Positions 32,020-43,883 are shown, counted from the stretch's first letter. The stretch: 64,000 nt of DNA from an uncultured Thermoleophilia bacterium (GCA_963739595.1 CAVUBA010000013.1:335-64334); one strand, 5' to 3'. Notes: generated by a model from the letters alone, not told the origin. Made by a program: numbers and translations.

Positions 32020-33231
32020 ATGGACAACGTGCGCTCGGTGGCCCTCGGGGTCTGGATCGCCGCGGGCTCACGGCTCGAGCCGGTCGAGCTCGGCGGCATC
32101 TCGCACTTCATCGAGCACCTGATCTTCAAGGGCTCGGACAAGTACTCGGCGTCCGACATCGCGCACATCTTCGACGACATGGGCGCCGAGCCCAACGCGT
32201 CGACCTCCAAGGAGCACACGCTGGTCAACGCGCGGCTCCTGGACGAGGACCTCGACAGGGCGTTCGAGATCATCGCCGAGATGGTCGCGCGGCCGACCTT
32301 CGCCGACCTCGACGACGAGCGCAAGGTCGTCCTCGAAGAGGTCGCGATGTACGAGGACTCGCCACCCGAGCTCATCCACGACGACCTCACCGAGGTCGTC
32401 TTCGGGGAGCACCCGCTCGGGCGGCCGATCATCGGCAACAGCGAGACCCTGAGCGGGCTCGACCTCGACACCGTGCGTGACTATCACGACGCCCACTACG
32501 TGAACCCCGGCATCGTGATCGCCGCCAGCGGACACGTGGACCACGAGCGACTCTCGGAGCTGGCGGCGAAGCACTTCCGTCCGGAGCCGGGAGCGGTGGT
32601 CCGCCGCGCCGACCTGAGCGTGCCCGAGACCCGGCACATCGCGCGCTTCACGCAGAAGGACACCGAGCAGTACAACATCTGCCTCGGTGGTCCGGGACCG
32701 AAGCGCGGCGACCCCGACCGCTACGCCGTGTTCGTGGTCGACACGATCCTCGGCGGTTCCTGGAGCTCGCACCTCTTCCAGGAAGTGCGCGAGAAGCGCG
32801 GCCTCGCGTACTCCGTGTACTCGTACACCAGCCTCTACGCCGACGCCGGCCTCACGGCCGTGTACTTCGGCTCGCGCGAGGAGGCGGTCGAGGAGGCGAT
32901 GCGTGTCATCCTCGACACGCTTCGCGACCTGGAGGCCGACATGGCCGACAGCGCCATCGACCGCGCCAAGAACCACCTCAAGGGGCAGCTCGTCCTGGGC
33001 ATGGAGAGTCCCGGCAGTCGCATGCAGCAACTGGGGCGCGCCGTGCTTCTCGAGCAGCCGGTCCTCACGGTGGACGAGGTGCTCGAGCGCATCGACGCCG
33101 TCGACCGGGACGCGGTCATCGCCGCGGTGCGGCGGTACTATGACCCTGAGACGTGGTCGACGGCCTGCATCGGCTCGCACCCGGAGCCGTTCCGGGCCGT
33201 CACGCAGGACTTCGCCCTGGAGGAACGATAA
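32020..33231 (+). CDS. M16 family zinc peptidase (pitrilysin/PepR-like); true start probably upstream
   Basis: ORF 32020..33231. HxxEH motif GISHFIEHLIFKG. The same frame is open from 31936 and encodes the conserved AYRLSTLENGLRVATERMDNVRS, but no ATG/GTG/TTG lies there. Confidence 0.85.
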   Translation: MDNVRSVALGVWIAAGSRLEPVELGGISHFIEHLIFKGSDKYSASDIAHIFDDMGAEPNASTSKEHTLVNARLLDEDLDRAFEIIAEMVARPTFADLDDERKVVLEEVAMYEDSPPELIHDDLTEVVFGEHPLGRPIIGNSETLSGLDLDTVRDYHDAHYVNPGIVIAASGHVDHERLSELAAKHFRPEPGAVVRRADLSVPETRHIARFTQKDTEQYNICLGGPGPKRGDPDRYAVFVVDTILGGSWSSHLFQEVREKRGLAYSVYSYTSLYADAGLTAVYFGSREEAVEEAMRVILDTLRDLEADMADSAIDRAKNHLKGQLVLGMESPGSRMQQLGRAVLLEQPVLTVDEVLERIDAVDRDAVIAAVRRYYDPETWSTACIGSHPEPFRAVTQDFALEER

Positions 33232-33280
33232 GCGGTATGTCTACGTTGTCCCGCTTGTGTACGCCGGAAGAGGGGGCGTC

Positions 33281-34039
33281 ATGATCGACGTCCTCGTGAC
33301 CGGCGCGGCCGGCAAGATGGGCTCGCTGAGCGCCGCGACCATCGCGGCGCAGAAGGACCTTCGCCTCGCCGCTCTCGTGGACCCGCACAAGGGCGACGGG
33401 GGAGAGGTGCCGTGGTTCGGCGACGTCGTCTCGGCGCTCGCACTGACGTCGCCCACGGCCGCGCTCGAGTTCAGCGTCCCGGGCGCCGTCTACGACAACG
33501 CCGCCGCGCTGCTCGAGGCCGGCGTCCCGACCGTGGTCGGCGCCACCGGTCTGGACGACGCCCAGGTGGACGACCTGTCGGCCAGGGCGCAAGCGTCCGG
33601 CGCCGGCCTGGTCATCGTCCCCAACTTCGCGCTCGGCGCCGTGCTCGTCATGAAGTTCGCCGCCGAGGCGGCGCGTCACTACACGCACGCCGAGATCATC
33701 GAGACTCACGAGAAGGGCAAGATCGACGCGCCTTCCGGGACGTCCCTGCGCACGGCCCGGCTGATGGCGGAGGCGCCGGGGTCCGCCCTGACGGCCCCGC
33801 CCGGCGCCGGCCAGACCTCGCGCGGGCTCGTCGCCGACGAGCGCGTCACCATCCACAGCGTGCGCCTTCCCGGCGCGGTGGCGCACCAGGAGGTCGTCTT
33901 CGGCGGAGAGGACGAGCTGCTCACGCTGCGCCACGACTCGCTGTCGCGGCGCTCGTTCATGGGTGGCATGCTCCTGGCCCTGCGCCGCGTCGGCGCTGTT
34001 GAAGGGACCGTGATCGGCCTCGAGAATCTGCTGGACTGA
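33281..34039 (+). CDS. dapB: 4-hydroxy-tetrahydrodipicolinate reductase
   Basis: Tail of ORF 32687..34039 from ATG 33281 (MIDVLVTGAAGKMG..). EIIETHEKGKIDAPSGTS. 252 aa. Confidence 0.9.
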   Translation: MIDVLVTGAAGKMGSLSAATIAAQKDLRLAALVDPHKGDGGEVPWFGDVVSALALTSPTAALEFSVPGAVYDNAAALLEAGVPTVVGATGLDDAQVDDLSARAQASGAGLVIVPNFALGAVLVMKFAAEAARHYTHAEIIETHEKGKIDAPSGTSLRTARLMAEAPGSALTAPPGAGQTSRGLVADERVTIHSVRLPGAVAHQEVVFGGEDELLTLRHDSLSRRSFMGGMLLALRRVGAVEGTVIGLENLLD

Positions 34040-34157
34040 TGCCCGTGGAGTCACGAAGTGTACGGAGTGCTCGTGAGCGGCCGCCGGCCCGCAGGGCGCA
34101 GCGGCGGACGGACTGACCTGACGAACCTGCGTGACCAGACGACTGGAGAGGAGCGAC

Positions 34158-35042
34158 GTGACAGACAGCCTCGGGACCATCCTCACCGCGATGGTGACGC
34201 CGTTCGACGCGGCTGAGGCCGTCGATCTCGGGCGCCTTGCCGAGCTCGCAGAGTTCCTGCTGGCGAACGGCTCCGACGGGCTCGTCGTCGCCGGCACCAC
34301 CGGCGAGTCGCCGACGCTCAGCGACGACGAGAAGCTCGAGATGTTCCGCACCGTGGTCGCCGCGGCCGGTGGCCGCGCCCCCGTCGTGGCCGGCACGGGC
34401 TCCAACGACACGAGGCACAGCATCGAGCTCACGCGAGCAGCCGAGGCCTGCGGCGTCGACGCCGTGCTCGCAGTGGTCCCCTACTACAACAAGCCGCCGG
34501 AGCGCGGGGTCCTCGCGCACTTCCGCGCCATCGCGGCCGCCACCAGCCTGCCGGTGATCGTCTACAACATCCCCGGCCGCTGCGTCATCAACCTGTCGCC
34601 CGAGGCGCTGGCCGAGCTGGCGCGGACGGAGAACATCGTCGCCGTCAAGCAGGCCAACCCGGACCTGGCGGAGACCGACCGGTTGATGGAGCTCAGCGAC
34701 CTGGCCGTCTACGCCGGCAACGACGACATGCTCTGCGACGTCATGTCGCGCGGCGGCGCCGGCGGCATCTGCGTCGCCAGCCACGTCGTCGGGCCGCGGA
34801 TGGCCGAGGTCGCCCGGCTCTGCCGCGAGGGCGACAGCGAAGCCGCCGCGGCCGAGGACGCCGCGCTGCACGGCCTGTACGAAGCGCTGTTCGTGACCGC
34901 GAACCCCATCCCGGTCAAGGCGGCGCTCAACCTGCTCGGGCACGAGGTCGGAGGCTTGCGCCTCCCGCTCGTGCCCGCCACACCAGAAGAGACTGCAGTG
35001 GTGGCCGCCGAGCTCAGACGGCTCGGCTTGATCGGCGCCTGA
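34158..35042 (+). CDS. dapA: 4-hydroxy-tetrahydrodipicolinate synthase
   Basis: ORF 34131..35042. GTG 34158 follows GGAGAGGAG. Motifs: GTILTAMVTPF.., VVAGTTGESPTLS, YYNKP, VAVKQA. Confidence 0.9.
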   Translation: MTDSLGTILTAMVTPFDAAEAVDLGRLAELAEFLLANGSDGLVVAGTTGESPTLSDDEKLEMFRTVVAAAGGRAPVVAGTGSNDTRHSIELTRAAEACGVDAVLAVVPYYNKPPERGVLAHFRAIAAATSLPVIVYNIPGRCVINLSPEALAELARTENIVAVKQANPDLAETDRLMELSDLAVYAGNDDMLCDVMSRGGAGGICVASHVVGPRMAEVARLCREGDSEAAAAEDAALHGLYEALFVTANPIPVKAALNLLGHEVGGLRLPLVPATPEETAVVAAELRRLGLIGA

Positions 35043-35072
35043 GCGCCGCCACCACTCGAAGAGAGGCTTTCC

Positions 35073-36737
35073 ATGACTGAAGACGCCGTACGTATCATCC
35101 CCCTCGGGGGACTCGGCGAGATCGGCAAGAACATGACCGCCGTCGAGTATCGCGGCAAGATCGTCGTCCTCGACTGCGGCGTCGAGTTCCCCAGCGAGGA
35201 CATGCTCGGCATCGACCTCGTGCTCCCCGATATCCGGTGGCTGATGGAGCGCCAGCAGGACGTGCTCGCCTTCGTGATCACGCACGGTCACGAGGACCAC
35301 CAGGGGGCGCTGCCGTTCGTGCTCCGGCGGCTCAACCGGCCCGTCTACGGCAGCCGCTTCACGCTCGCGCTCATCAAGTCCAAGCTGGAGGAACACGGCC
35401 TGCTCAAGAGCGTCGAGCTGAACGAGGTCAGCGACAAGTCGCACCTGCAGCTTGGGCCCTTCGACCTCTCCTTCATCGCCACCAGCCACAGCATCCCCGA
35501 TTCGCTCTCGATCGTGCTCGGCACCGATCTCGGCGCTGTGGTGCTCACCGGCGACTACCGCTTCGACCACACGCCGATCGACGGCCGCGTCACCGACGTG
35601 GACGCGTTCGCGCGACTCGGCGAGAAGGGCGTGCTCGCGTTGCTCGGCGACTCGACCAACGCCGAGGCTCCGGGACGACCGCCTCGGAGAGCACCGTCAG
35701 CCACGCCTTCCACCAGATCTTCGCCGAGGCCGAGGGCCGCGTGATCGTGGCCAGCTTCGCCTCGCACATCCACCGCATCCAGCAGGCGATCACCATCGCC
35801 CATCTGCACGGGCGCAAGTTCGCGCTCTCCGGCCGCTCGATGGTCAAGAACGCCAACATCGCCCGCAACCTCGGCTACCTCAAGGTGCCGGAGGGGGCGA
35901 TGATCAAGCTCACGCAGATCGACGACTACAGGCCCGAGGAGATCCTCATCCTCTCCACCGGCAGCCAGGGTGAGCCGCTCTCGGCGCTGACTCGCATGGC
36001 GTTCAACGACCATCCGCAGGTCGAGCTGCACGAGGGCGACACGGTGGTCATCTCGGCCAAGGCGATCCCGGGCAACGAGCGCAGCGTGACGGCCACGATC
36101 GACCGCCTGCTCAAGGTCGGCGCGACGGTGATCTACGGCGAGCGCAGCGGCATCCACGTCAGCGGCCACGCCGCCCAGGAAGACCTCAAGATGATGCTCA
36201 ACCTCACGCGGCCCCGGTTCCTGGTCCCGGTCCACGGCGAGTACCGCATGCAGCACATGCACGCCGAGCTGGCCCGCCAGTCGGGCATCCCCGACGAGGA
36301 CATCTTCATCCTCGAGAACGGCGACGTGCTCGAGCTGGAGGCCGACAACGGCGAGATCGTCGACAAGGTCGCGACCGGCATGGTGTTCGTCGACGGCTCC
36401 GAGATCGGCGACCCCGAAGGCCTCGTGCTGCGTGACCGCCAGCAGCTGGCTGCCGACGGCATCCTGATCGCCGTCGTGACGGTCGACGCTCAGACCGGCG
36501 CTTCGGTCGCCGCCGCCCGAGCTCGTCGCCCGAGGATTCCTCCACGACGACGAACGTCTCAAGGACATCCTCGACGAGTGCGGCGTGGCCCTCGACGCTC
36601 TGATGGACGAGCTCGGCGCCGAGCACGTCACCGGCCAGCACCTGATCCGGGAGGACATCACCCAGCGACTCGCGGAGCTGGTCTTCCGGCGCACCAAGAG
36701 CCGGCCGCTGATCATGCCCGTCGTCGTCGAGGTCTGA
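35073..36737 (+). CDS. rnj: ribonuclease J; 2 frame changes
   Basis: ORF 35073.. (IIPLGGLGEIGKNMTAVEY..ITHGHEDHQGALP). Then ORF 35237..36754 (..STGSQGEPLSAL..HVSGHAAQEDL..). The tail ..RRTKSRPLIMPVVVEV* is in a third frame ending at 36737. Frame changes near 35665 and 36505. Confidence 0.88.
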
Positions 36738-36817
36738 GGCCGGGCGCGGACTGACCTGGCGCCGGGGCACACTCGCCCGGCGCTAGGGATTCGCCCCCGG
36801 GCGTCGAACAACTCCCC

Positions 36818-39407
36818 ATGGCGACTGCACGCCCGAAACAGGCTCGTCGGCGCGCGGGCGCCGCGTCACGGACGCGACCGCGCTCAGCCGCAGCCTCTCC
36901 CAAGCCCAAGCAGAAGGCCCCGGCCTCCCGGCATCGCCGCGAGCTCGGGGCGATCGCCTGCCTCGCCATCGCCGTCTTCCTGGGCTTCGTGCTCTACCTC
37001 GGCTGGGACGGCGGCTCGGCGGGCCGCTGGCTCGGCGACGTCGCCCGCTGGCTCGTGGGCATCCTCGCCTTCGCGCTGCCGTTCCTCCTCGGCTTTCTCG
37101 CGTACCTGCTCGTCGTCAAGGAGGAGAGCCGGCCGCGCCGCGGGATGAGCTGGGGGATCGCCTTCATCGTCGCCGGGGTGGCGCTGGCCGCCGCCGCCGA
37201 CGCCTTCGGCATCTTCTCCGGAGACCGCCCGGCCGCCCTGTTCCGTGACGCCTACATGAGCGCGCACGGCGGCGTCCTCGGCGAGATCCAGTGGGCCGTG
37301 CTCAGCCCGTTCATCGGCCGCGTCGGCGTCGACGTGCTCGTCATCGCGCTCATCGTCGCCGGCGTCCTTCTCGTCACCGGTTCGTCGCTCCGCCAGTGGG
37401 CCACGCACTCGAAGCAGGGCGTCGCCAAGGCCGGCAGGGCGGCGCGCAGCCAGGCGGAGTCGCTCGGCGCGCGCCGCAGGGAGGCCAGCGACACGCGCGT
37501 CGTGGAACCCTATGAGTCGCAGACCATCGACGCCGGCGACCTCATGCGCACCTCCATCACGCCGGCGGCGACGCCGGAACTCGATTTCTCCCGCCCGCAT
37601 GCCGGCCGCCGGGCCGCACCTCATCGACGGCGTCTCCGAGGCGCCCGAGATCTTCGGCGAACCCACGCCGCTGCCCGACGAGCCGGCTCCCGAGCCGATC
37701 GTGGCGGCGGATGACGGCGTGCAGCTTTCGCTCGCCGCTGCGGCCGCCGCCGCGGCCGAGAAGGGCGAGGAGAGCGACGCGGCCGTGGCGCTCGCCTTCG
37801 CGGACGCCGAGCGGCGGCAGTGGTCCCTGCCGGACCCGGCGGTCCTGCGCCGCCTCGCGCAGGGCAACGGTGAGGCCCCGGAGGCCGTCGCCCGCGTCTC
37901 CGAGCGCCTGGTGTCCACGCTGGCGAGCTTCAACATCCCGGCCCAGGTGATCGGCACGGTCTCCGGCCCGCGCGTGACGCGCTACGAACTGCAGCTGGCG
38001 CCCGGCATCAAGGTCAACAAGGTGGCCAACCTCAAGGACGACCTCGCCTACGCGCTCGCCGCCACCGATGTGCGCGTCCAGGCGCCGATCCCGGGCAAGC
38101 AGGCCGTCGGCGTCGAGGTCCCCAACATCCAGGCCAACTACGTGTCACTCGGCGACATCCACGGGCTGTTCCCGCCGCACGCCTCGCCGATGGCGTTCTG
38201 GCTGGGCAAGGACGTCACCGGCAAGGCCATCCTCGCCGACCTGGTGCGGATGGTGCACCTGCTCATCGCCGGCACCACCGGTTCCGGCAAGAGCGGCTGC
38301 CTGAACGCGCTCATCACGTCGATCCTGCTGCGCGCCACGCCCGACCAGGTGCGCATGATCATGATCGACCCCAAGAAGGTCGAGCTCAGCAACTTCAACG
38401 GTGTGCCGCACCTGCTCGCCCCGGTCGTGACCAACATGAAGCAGGCGACGTACGTGCTCGACAACATCTGCCGCGAGATGGACCGGCGCTACGACGTCCT
38501 CTCGCGCAACGGCTGCCAGGACATCCGCGCGCTCAACAAGAAGCTGGTGCGCGCGGGCGAGGACGCCATGCCGTACACGATGGTGATCATCGACGAGCTG
38601 GCCGACCTGATGATGGTGGCCCCGTCCGAGGTCGAGGACTCCATCATCCGCCTCGGCCAGCTGGGGCGCAGCTGCGGCATCCACCTCGTGGTCGCCACCC
38701 AGCGCCCGTCGGTCGACGTGGTCACGGGCATGATCAAGACCAACATCCCGTCGCGCATCGCCTTCGCCGTGAGCTCGCAGACCGATTCGCGCATCATCCT
38801 CGACCAGGGCGGCGCCGAGAGCCTCCTGGGCATGGGCGACATGCTGTTCAGCCCGATGGGGAGCAGCAAGCTGCTGCGCGTGCAGGGCGCGCTCGTGACC
38901 AGCGCCGAGATGAAGCTCATCACCGAGCACTGGCGCCGGCAGTCCAAGCCGGACTACCACGAGGAGCTTCTCGAGAACCCGGCCGGCCCGGACGCCGAGC
39001 AGTCGCAGCAGGCCGCCGGCGGCGACGAGCTTCTCGCCGAGGCCATCAAGACCGTGGTCAACACCGGCGCCGCCAGCGTGGCCCTGCTCCAGCGGCGCCT
39101 CCGCGTCGGCTACGCCCGCGCCGGCCGCCTCATCGACATCATGGAGGAGATGGGCATCATCTCCGGCTACGACGGCAGCAAGGCCCGCTCGGTGCTCATC
39201 GACGAGGCGGGACTGCCGACGGCGCTCGCCCGCCTGCACGGCGACGTGATCGACCCGGCGCCTCTGCCGGACGAGCCGGCGCCGAAGCGCCGGAGGGGCC
39301 GCCTGCGGCGGCCGAGCCGGCGCCCGCGGACTTCTAGGGCCCGGCCTCTCGCGCCGCGCCTCGTTTGTCTTCGCACGACCCGGTTACTAGACTGTACGTT
39401 CGGGTGA
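36818..39407 (+). CDS. ftsK: DNA translocase FtsK; 1-2 frame changes; 3' end 39336 or 39407
   Basis: TM N-terminus in ORF 36818..37714. Motor domain in ORF 37512..39407 (LLIAGTTGSGKSGCLNA, VIIDELADLM, HLVVATQRPSV, winged-helix gamma LLQRRLRVGYARAGRLID). Frame change near 37600. An alternative frame gives the tail ..EAPEGPPAAAEPAPADF* ending at 39336. Confidence 0.88.
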
Positions 39408-39455
39408 CCGCCGCGACCTGACCCCCTGCGGCGAGCGAGGAGAACGGCATCCACC

Positions 39456-40230
39456 GTGTTTGAGATCGGCAACACGCTGCGCGAGGCCCGCGTTCGTCGC
39501 AACCTGACGCTGCAGCAGGTCGAAGAGGACATCAAGATCCGGGTCAAGTACGTCCAGGCCATGGAGAACGAGGACTGGGACGTCATGCCCGGCGTCACCT
39601 ACGTCAAGGGCTTCCTGCGCACCTACTCGACCTATCTCGGCCTCGACCCCGACGTCATCATCGGCGAGTTCCGCACGCGCGCCATGGCGCCTTCGGCGGA
39701 ACACCACGAGCCGTTCGGCGGCTCGTCGGTCATCGGCAAGCCGCACAGCCACCGCGGACGCAACACCATCGTCATCGTCGCCATCGTGTGCCTCATCGCC
39801 CTCGCGGCGATCTATGCGCTGGGCATGCTGAACGGCGGCGGAGGCAACGACGAGCCGACCACCAAGCCGGGCGCGCTCGGCATCGGCAGCCCGTCGCCGT
39901 CGGCCAGCAAGACGCCGAAACCGGGTGCGTCGAGCACCGCCGTCCCCGCGTGGCAGAAGAACCTCGTCAAGATCTCCGCCGTGGACGGCGACTCGTGGAT
40001 GGAGATCCGGCGCAACAACAGCACCGGCGTCGTCCTCTTCTCGGGCACACTCAAGAAGGGCGACAAGAAGAAGTTCAAGGGCAAGGACATCTGGATGAGC
40101 CTCGGCGCACCGGGCAACGTCCGGCTCGAGGCCGGCGGCAAGAAGGTCGAAGCTCAAGAGCGACGTCGGACCGTGGACCGTCGAGATCATCCAGGGGCGC
40201 GTCGTCCAGGGCTCCAACGTACAGGGGTAG
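39456..40230 (+). CDS. RodZ-like HTH (XRE) - TM - DUF4115 protein; 1 frame change near 40150
   Basis: GTG 39456. FEIGNTLREARVRRNLTLQQVEEDIKIRVKYVQAMENEDWD..YVKGFLRTYS, TM IVIVAIVCLIALAAIYAL, DUF4115-like ..DSWMEIRR... Tail LKSDVGPWTVEIIQGRVVQGSNVQG* is in another frame (TAG 40228-40230). Confidence 0.7.
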
Positions 40231-40232
40231 AC

Positions 40233-40724
40233 ATGGCCAAGGAATTCTCGTTCGACGTGGTCTCCAAGGCGGACATCAACGAGGTGCGCAACGCCGTGAA
40301 CATGGCGCAGAAGGAGATCGCGACCCGCTACGACTTCAAGAAGAGCGTGAGCGCGGTGACCCTCGAGGGCGAAGCGCTCGTGCTCGTCTCCGACAACGAG
40401 GGCAAGCTCAAGCAGGTCGTCGATGTGCTGGAGGACAAGCTGGTGCGGCGCAAGGTGCCGCTCAAGGCCATCCAGTACGGCAAGGTCGAGGAGGCCCTCG
40501 GCGGCACCGTGCGCCAGCACGCTCCCATCGCCCAGGGCATCCCGGACGAGAAGGCCAAGGCGATGAACAAGCTCATCCGCCAGCAGTTCAAGAAGGTCAA
40601 GGTCCAGATCCAGGGCGACAGCCTGCGGGTGTCCTCGGGCAGCAAGGACGAGCTCCAGGCGGCCATGGGCGCCCTGCGCGACGAGGACTGGGGCGTCCCG
40701 GTCCAGTTCGTCAACTACCGCTGA
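40233..40724 (+). CDS. yajQ: YajQ family nucleotide-binding protein
   Basis: ATG 40233 inside ORF 39456..40724. MAKEFSFDVVSKADINEVRNAVNMAQKEIATRYDFK..DWGVPVQFVNYR*, 163 aa. Confidence 0.85.
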   Translation: MAKEFSFDVVSKADINEVRNAVNMAQKEIATRYDFKKSVSAVTLEGEALVLVSDNEGKLKQVVDVLEDKLVRRKVPLKAIQYGKVEEALGGTVRQHAPIAQGIPDEKAKAMNKLIRQQFKKVKVQIQGDSLRVSSGSKDELQAAMGALRDEDWGVPVQFVNYR

Positions 40725-42046
40725 GGCGTCGCACGGGCAGCACGTTCTTCATCCAGACGCTCGGCTGCCCCAAGAACGAAGCCGACTCCGACGCGCTCGA
40801 GGCGCGGCTCCGCGCCGAGGGGCACGCCCCCGCGGCGCCCGGCCGCGCCGACGTCGTCGTGGTCAACACGTGCGGCTTCATCGACGCCGCCAAGGAGGAG
40901 TCGATCGAGGCCATCCTGGACGCGGCCGAGGCGGCGCACGCCCGCGGCGCCCGCGTGGCGGCCGTCGGCTGCCTCGTCGAGCGGTACCGCGACGAGCTCG
41001 CCGCGGAGCTCCCCGAGGTGGACCTGTGGTGCGGCCTCGACACGGCGCCGCTGCTGGCGGCGCTCGGCGAGGCCGGGGGAGAGGCGCCAGCGCGGGAGAG
41101 CGCACAGGGCGCCGGCGCATCCCTGCCCGTGCCGCGCCGGCCGCGCCCGGTCAGCGCCTACGTCAAGATCTCCGACGGCTGCGACCGTCGCTGCTCGTTC
41201 TGCGCGATCCCGCTGATCAAGGGCGACTACGAGACCGTCGCGGCCGCCGAGGTGCTGCGCTCGGCCCGGGCGGCGCTGGCCGCCGGCGCCCGCGAGCTCG
41301 TGCTCGTCGGCCAGGACACGTCGCGGTGGGCGCAGCCCGGATGGGGCGGGGTGAGCCGCCTGCTCGGAGAGCTGGCGGCGCTCGAACCCGCCCCGCTGTG
41401 GCTGCGCCTCCTCTACCTCCAGCCGGAAGGCATCGATGACGGCCTTCTGGAGGCCCTTGCGGCGCACGCGGTGCCCTACGTGGACGTCCCCCTCCAGCAC
41501 GCCTCCGGCGCCGTCCTGCGCCGCATGCGGCGCTCTGGGGACGGCGCGGCCCACCTTGCCCTGCTCGACCGCGTCCGGGCGGCGCTTCCGGGCGCCGCCG
41601 TCCGCTCCACGTTCATCACCGGGTTCCCCGGCGAGACGGACGCCGAGTTCGAGGAGCTCGTCTCCTTCGTCCGCGCGGCGGACCTCGCCGTGGCCGGCGT
41701 CTTCGTCTACGACGAGCAGGAGGGGACGGCCGCTGCGGGCCTGCCGGACGCCGTCCCGCACGCGCTCGCCTTCGCGCGCGCCGCCCGCCTCGGCGAAGTC
41801 ATCGACAGGGAGGCCGAACGCTTCTGGTCCGAGCTCGCCGGCCGCGAGGTCGACGTCCTCGTCGAGCAGGGCGCCTCGCGCCCGGACGGCACCGCCGCCG
41901 GCCGCATCGCCCTGCAGGCGCCCGACGTCGATGGCCGTACGGCGCTGACCGGCGTCCGCACCCGGCGTGGCGACGTCGTGCGTGCCGTCGTGCGTGACAG
42001 CCTCGGGTATGATGTTGAGGCCGTCGCCACGACAGGGGGAAAGTGA
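40721..42046 (+). CDS. rimO: ribosomal protein S12 methylthiotransferase RimO; start codon unresolved
   Basis: Tail of ORF 39788..42046. FFIQTLGCPKNEADSDAL.., radical-SAM CDRRCSFCAIP, TRAM tail. No canonical start lies between the yajQ stop and the conserved GCPKN block. Confidence 0.82.
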   Translation: MRRRTGSTFFIQTLGCPKNEADSDALEARLRAEGHAPAAPGRADVVVVNTCGFIDAAKEESIEAILDAAEAAHARGARVAAVGCLVERYRDELAAELPEVDLWCGLDTAPLLAALGEAGGEAPARESAQGAGASLPVPRRPRPVSAYVKISDGCDRRCSFCAIPLIKGDYETVAAAEVLRSARAALAAGARELVLVGQDTSRWAQPGWGGVSRLLGELAALEPAPLWLRLLYLQPEGIDDGLLEALAAHAVPYVDVPLQHASGAVLRRMRRSGDGAAHLALLDRVRAALPGAAVRSTFITGFPGETDAEFEELVSFVRAADLAVAGVFVYDEQEGTAAAGLPDAVPHALAFARAARLGEVIDREAERFWSELAGREVDVLVEQGASRPDGTAAGRIALQAPDVDGRTALTGVRTRRGDVVRAVVRDSLGYDVEAVATTGGK

Positions 42047-42634
42047 GCAGCCAGCTCAATCTCGCCAACAGCATCACCATCGCGCGGATCCTGCTCGTCC
42101 CGGTGTTCCTGGTGATACTCCTCTCGGGCATCCCGCAGCCGTACGGCGACCTCCTCGCGGCGGCAGTGTTCATCCTCGCCGCGGCCACCGACAAGCTCGA
42201 CGGCTACGTGGCGCGGCGGAGCAAGCAGGTCACCACGCTCGGACAGTTCCTCGACCCCCTGGCCGACAAGCTGCTCATCGCCGCCGCGCTCATCGCGCTC
42301 GTGGCGCAGGACCGCGTGGCCGCCTGGGTCGCCATGGTCATCATCGGGCGAGAGATCGCCGTGAGCGTGCTGCGCATCATCGGCGTCTCGCAGGGCGTGT
42401 CGCATCCCCGCCGACAAGTACGGCAAGCTCAAGACGGTCCTGCAGATCGTGTACGTCGTGTACGTGCTCTTCCCGACGGCCGACATCGCCGAGTTCATCC
42501 ACGTCTCCACCGACGTGGCCGTCATCATCCAGTGGATCCTGGCCGTCGTCGTCGTCGTCGTGACCCTGGCCAGCGGGATCAACTACTTCCGCAACGCCCG
42601 CGGGCTGATCCACATGCCGGGGACCAGCAACTGA
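42043..42634 (+). CDS. pgsA: CDP-diacylglycerol-glycerol-3-phosphate 3-phosphatidyltransferase; 1 frame change
   Basis: GTG 42043. NSITIARILLVPVF..AAATDKLDGYVARR..GQFLDPLADKLL in ORF 42043... Tail IPADKYGKLKTVLQ.. in ORF 42449..42634. Frame change near 42404. Confidence 0.85.
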
Positions 42635-43883
42635 TGCCACCGGGAGCGCCGCGCGCGGCCGTGGTCCTCAGCGGCAACGAGCTGCTGGACGGCCGCACGC
42701 GCGACACCAACGGGGCCTTCGTCTGCGACGACCTGAGCCGGAGGGGCGTCAAGGTCACCGAGCTCCTCACCGTCGCCGACGATCGCGCGCGGCTGGTCGC
42801 CGCCCTGCGGCACGCGCTCGGCGGCGAGCCCGACCTGCTCGTGGTCGGGGGCGGGCTGGGCACCACGCACGACGACCTCACGGCCGAGTGCCTCGCCGAG
42901 GTGCTCGGCGTGGACCTCGTCGAGGATCCGGACGCGCTGGCCTTCGTCGAGGAGCGCGTCCGCGTCGTGGCGGAGCGCCGCCACCTCGACTACCGCGAGA
43001 CCTTCGGCCTCGCGCGGCGCCAGGCGAAGCTCCCGGCCGGCTCCACTGCCGTGCCGCCGGCCGGCGTCGCCCCCGGCATCGCCGCGCGCTCCGGGCCGAC
43101 GCGCATCTTCGCCTATCCGGGCGTTCCCTACGAATTCCGTCAGATGTGGCTCGAGACGGCCGCGACGCTCGAGCGCGAGCACTTCTTCCCGGACGTCGCC
43201 GTGCGCATCGTGCGCGTGTTCGGCGTCGGCGAGCTGCAGGTCGGCCCCGTCCTCGACGCGCTGCCGCACGAGCTCGTGGAGCTCGGCATCAACGTCGGCG
43301 GGGGAGAGGTGGTGGTGCGGATCCGCCATCGCCGGGAGTCCGGCGCCCAGGCGCAGGCAGACACGCTGGTCGCCGCCCTGGAGGCGGACGTGCCCGTGTA
43401 CTCGGTGGACGGCCGCGCCATCGACGACATCGTCGCCGACGAGCTCCGCGGCCGCGGCCTCATGCTCGCGGTCGCCGAGTCCTGCACGGGCGGGATGCTC
43501 GGCGCGCGGATCACCGCCCGGTCCGGCAGCTCGGACTACTTCGCCGGCGGAGTCATCAGCTACGCGAACCAGGCCAAGATGGACCTCCTCGACGTGCCGT
43601 CCGGCATGCTCGCGCAGTACGGCGCGGTCTCCGAGGAGGTCGCGGGCGCGATGGCGGAGGGAGCGCGCGCCGCGCTGCGCGCCGACTTCGCGCTCTCCAT
43701 CACCGGCGTGGCCGGTCCGGACGGGGGCACCGCCGAGAAGCCCGTCGGGCTCGTCTACCTCGGCTGCGCCGGCCCCGGGGCACGCGCGTCCGCAGAGGCT
43801 CGTTCCCCGGCGACCGCGACAGCGTGCGCACGTTCGCCGCCACCTCCGCGCTCCACCTGTTGCGCGCGGCGCTGCCCGCATGA
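42634..43883 (+). CDS. cinA: competence/damage-inducible protein CinA (MoCF-like domain + NMN deamidase PncC domain); 1 frame change
   Basis: ATG 42634 within ORF 42043..44082 (AAVVLSGNELLDGRTRDTNG.., LAVAESCTGGMLG.., SITGVAGPDGG). The tail ..[26 protein letters not shown] is in the frame of ORF 42888..43883. Frame change near 43778. Confidence 0.85.
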
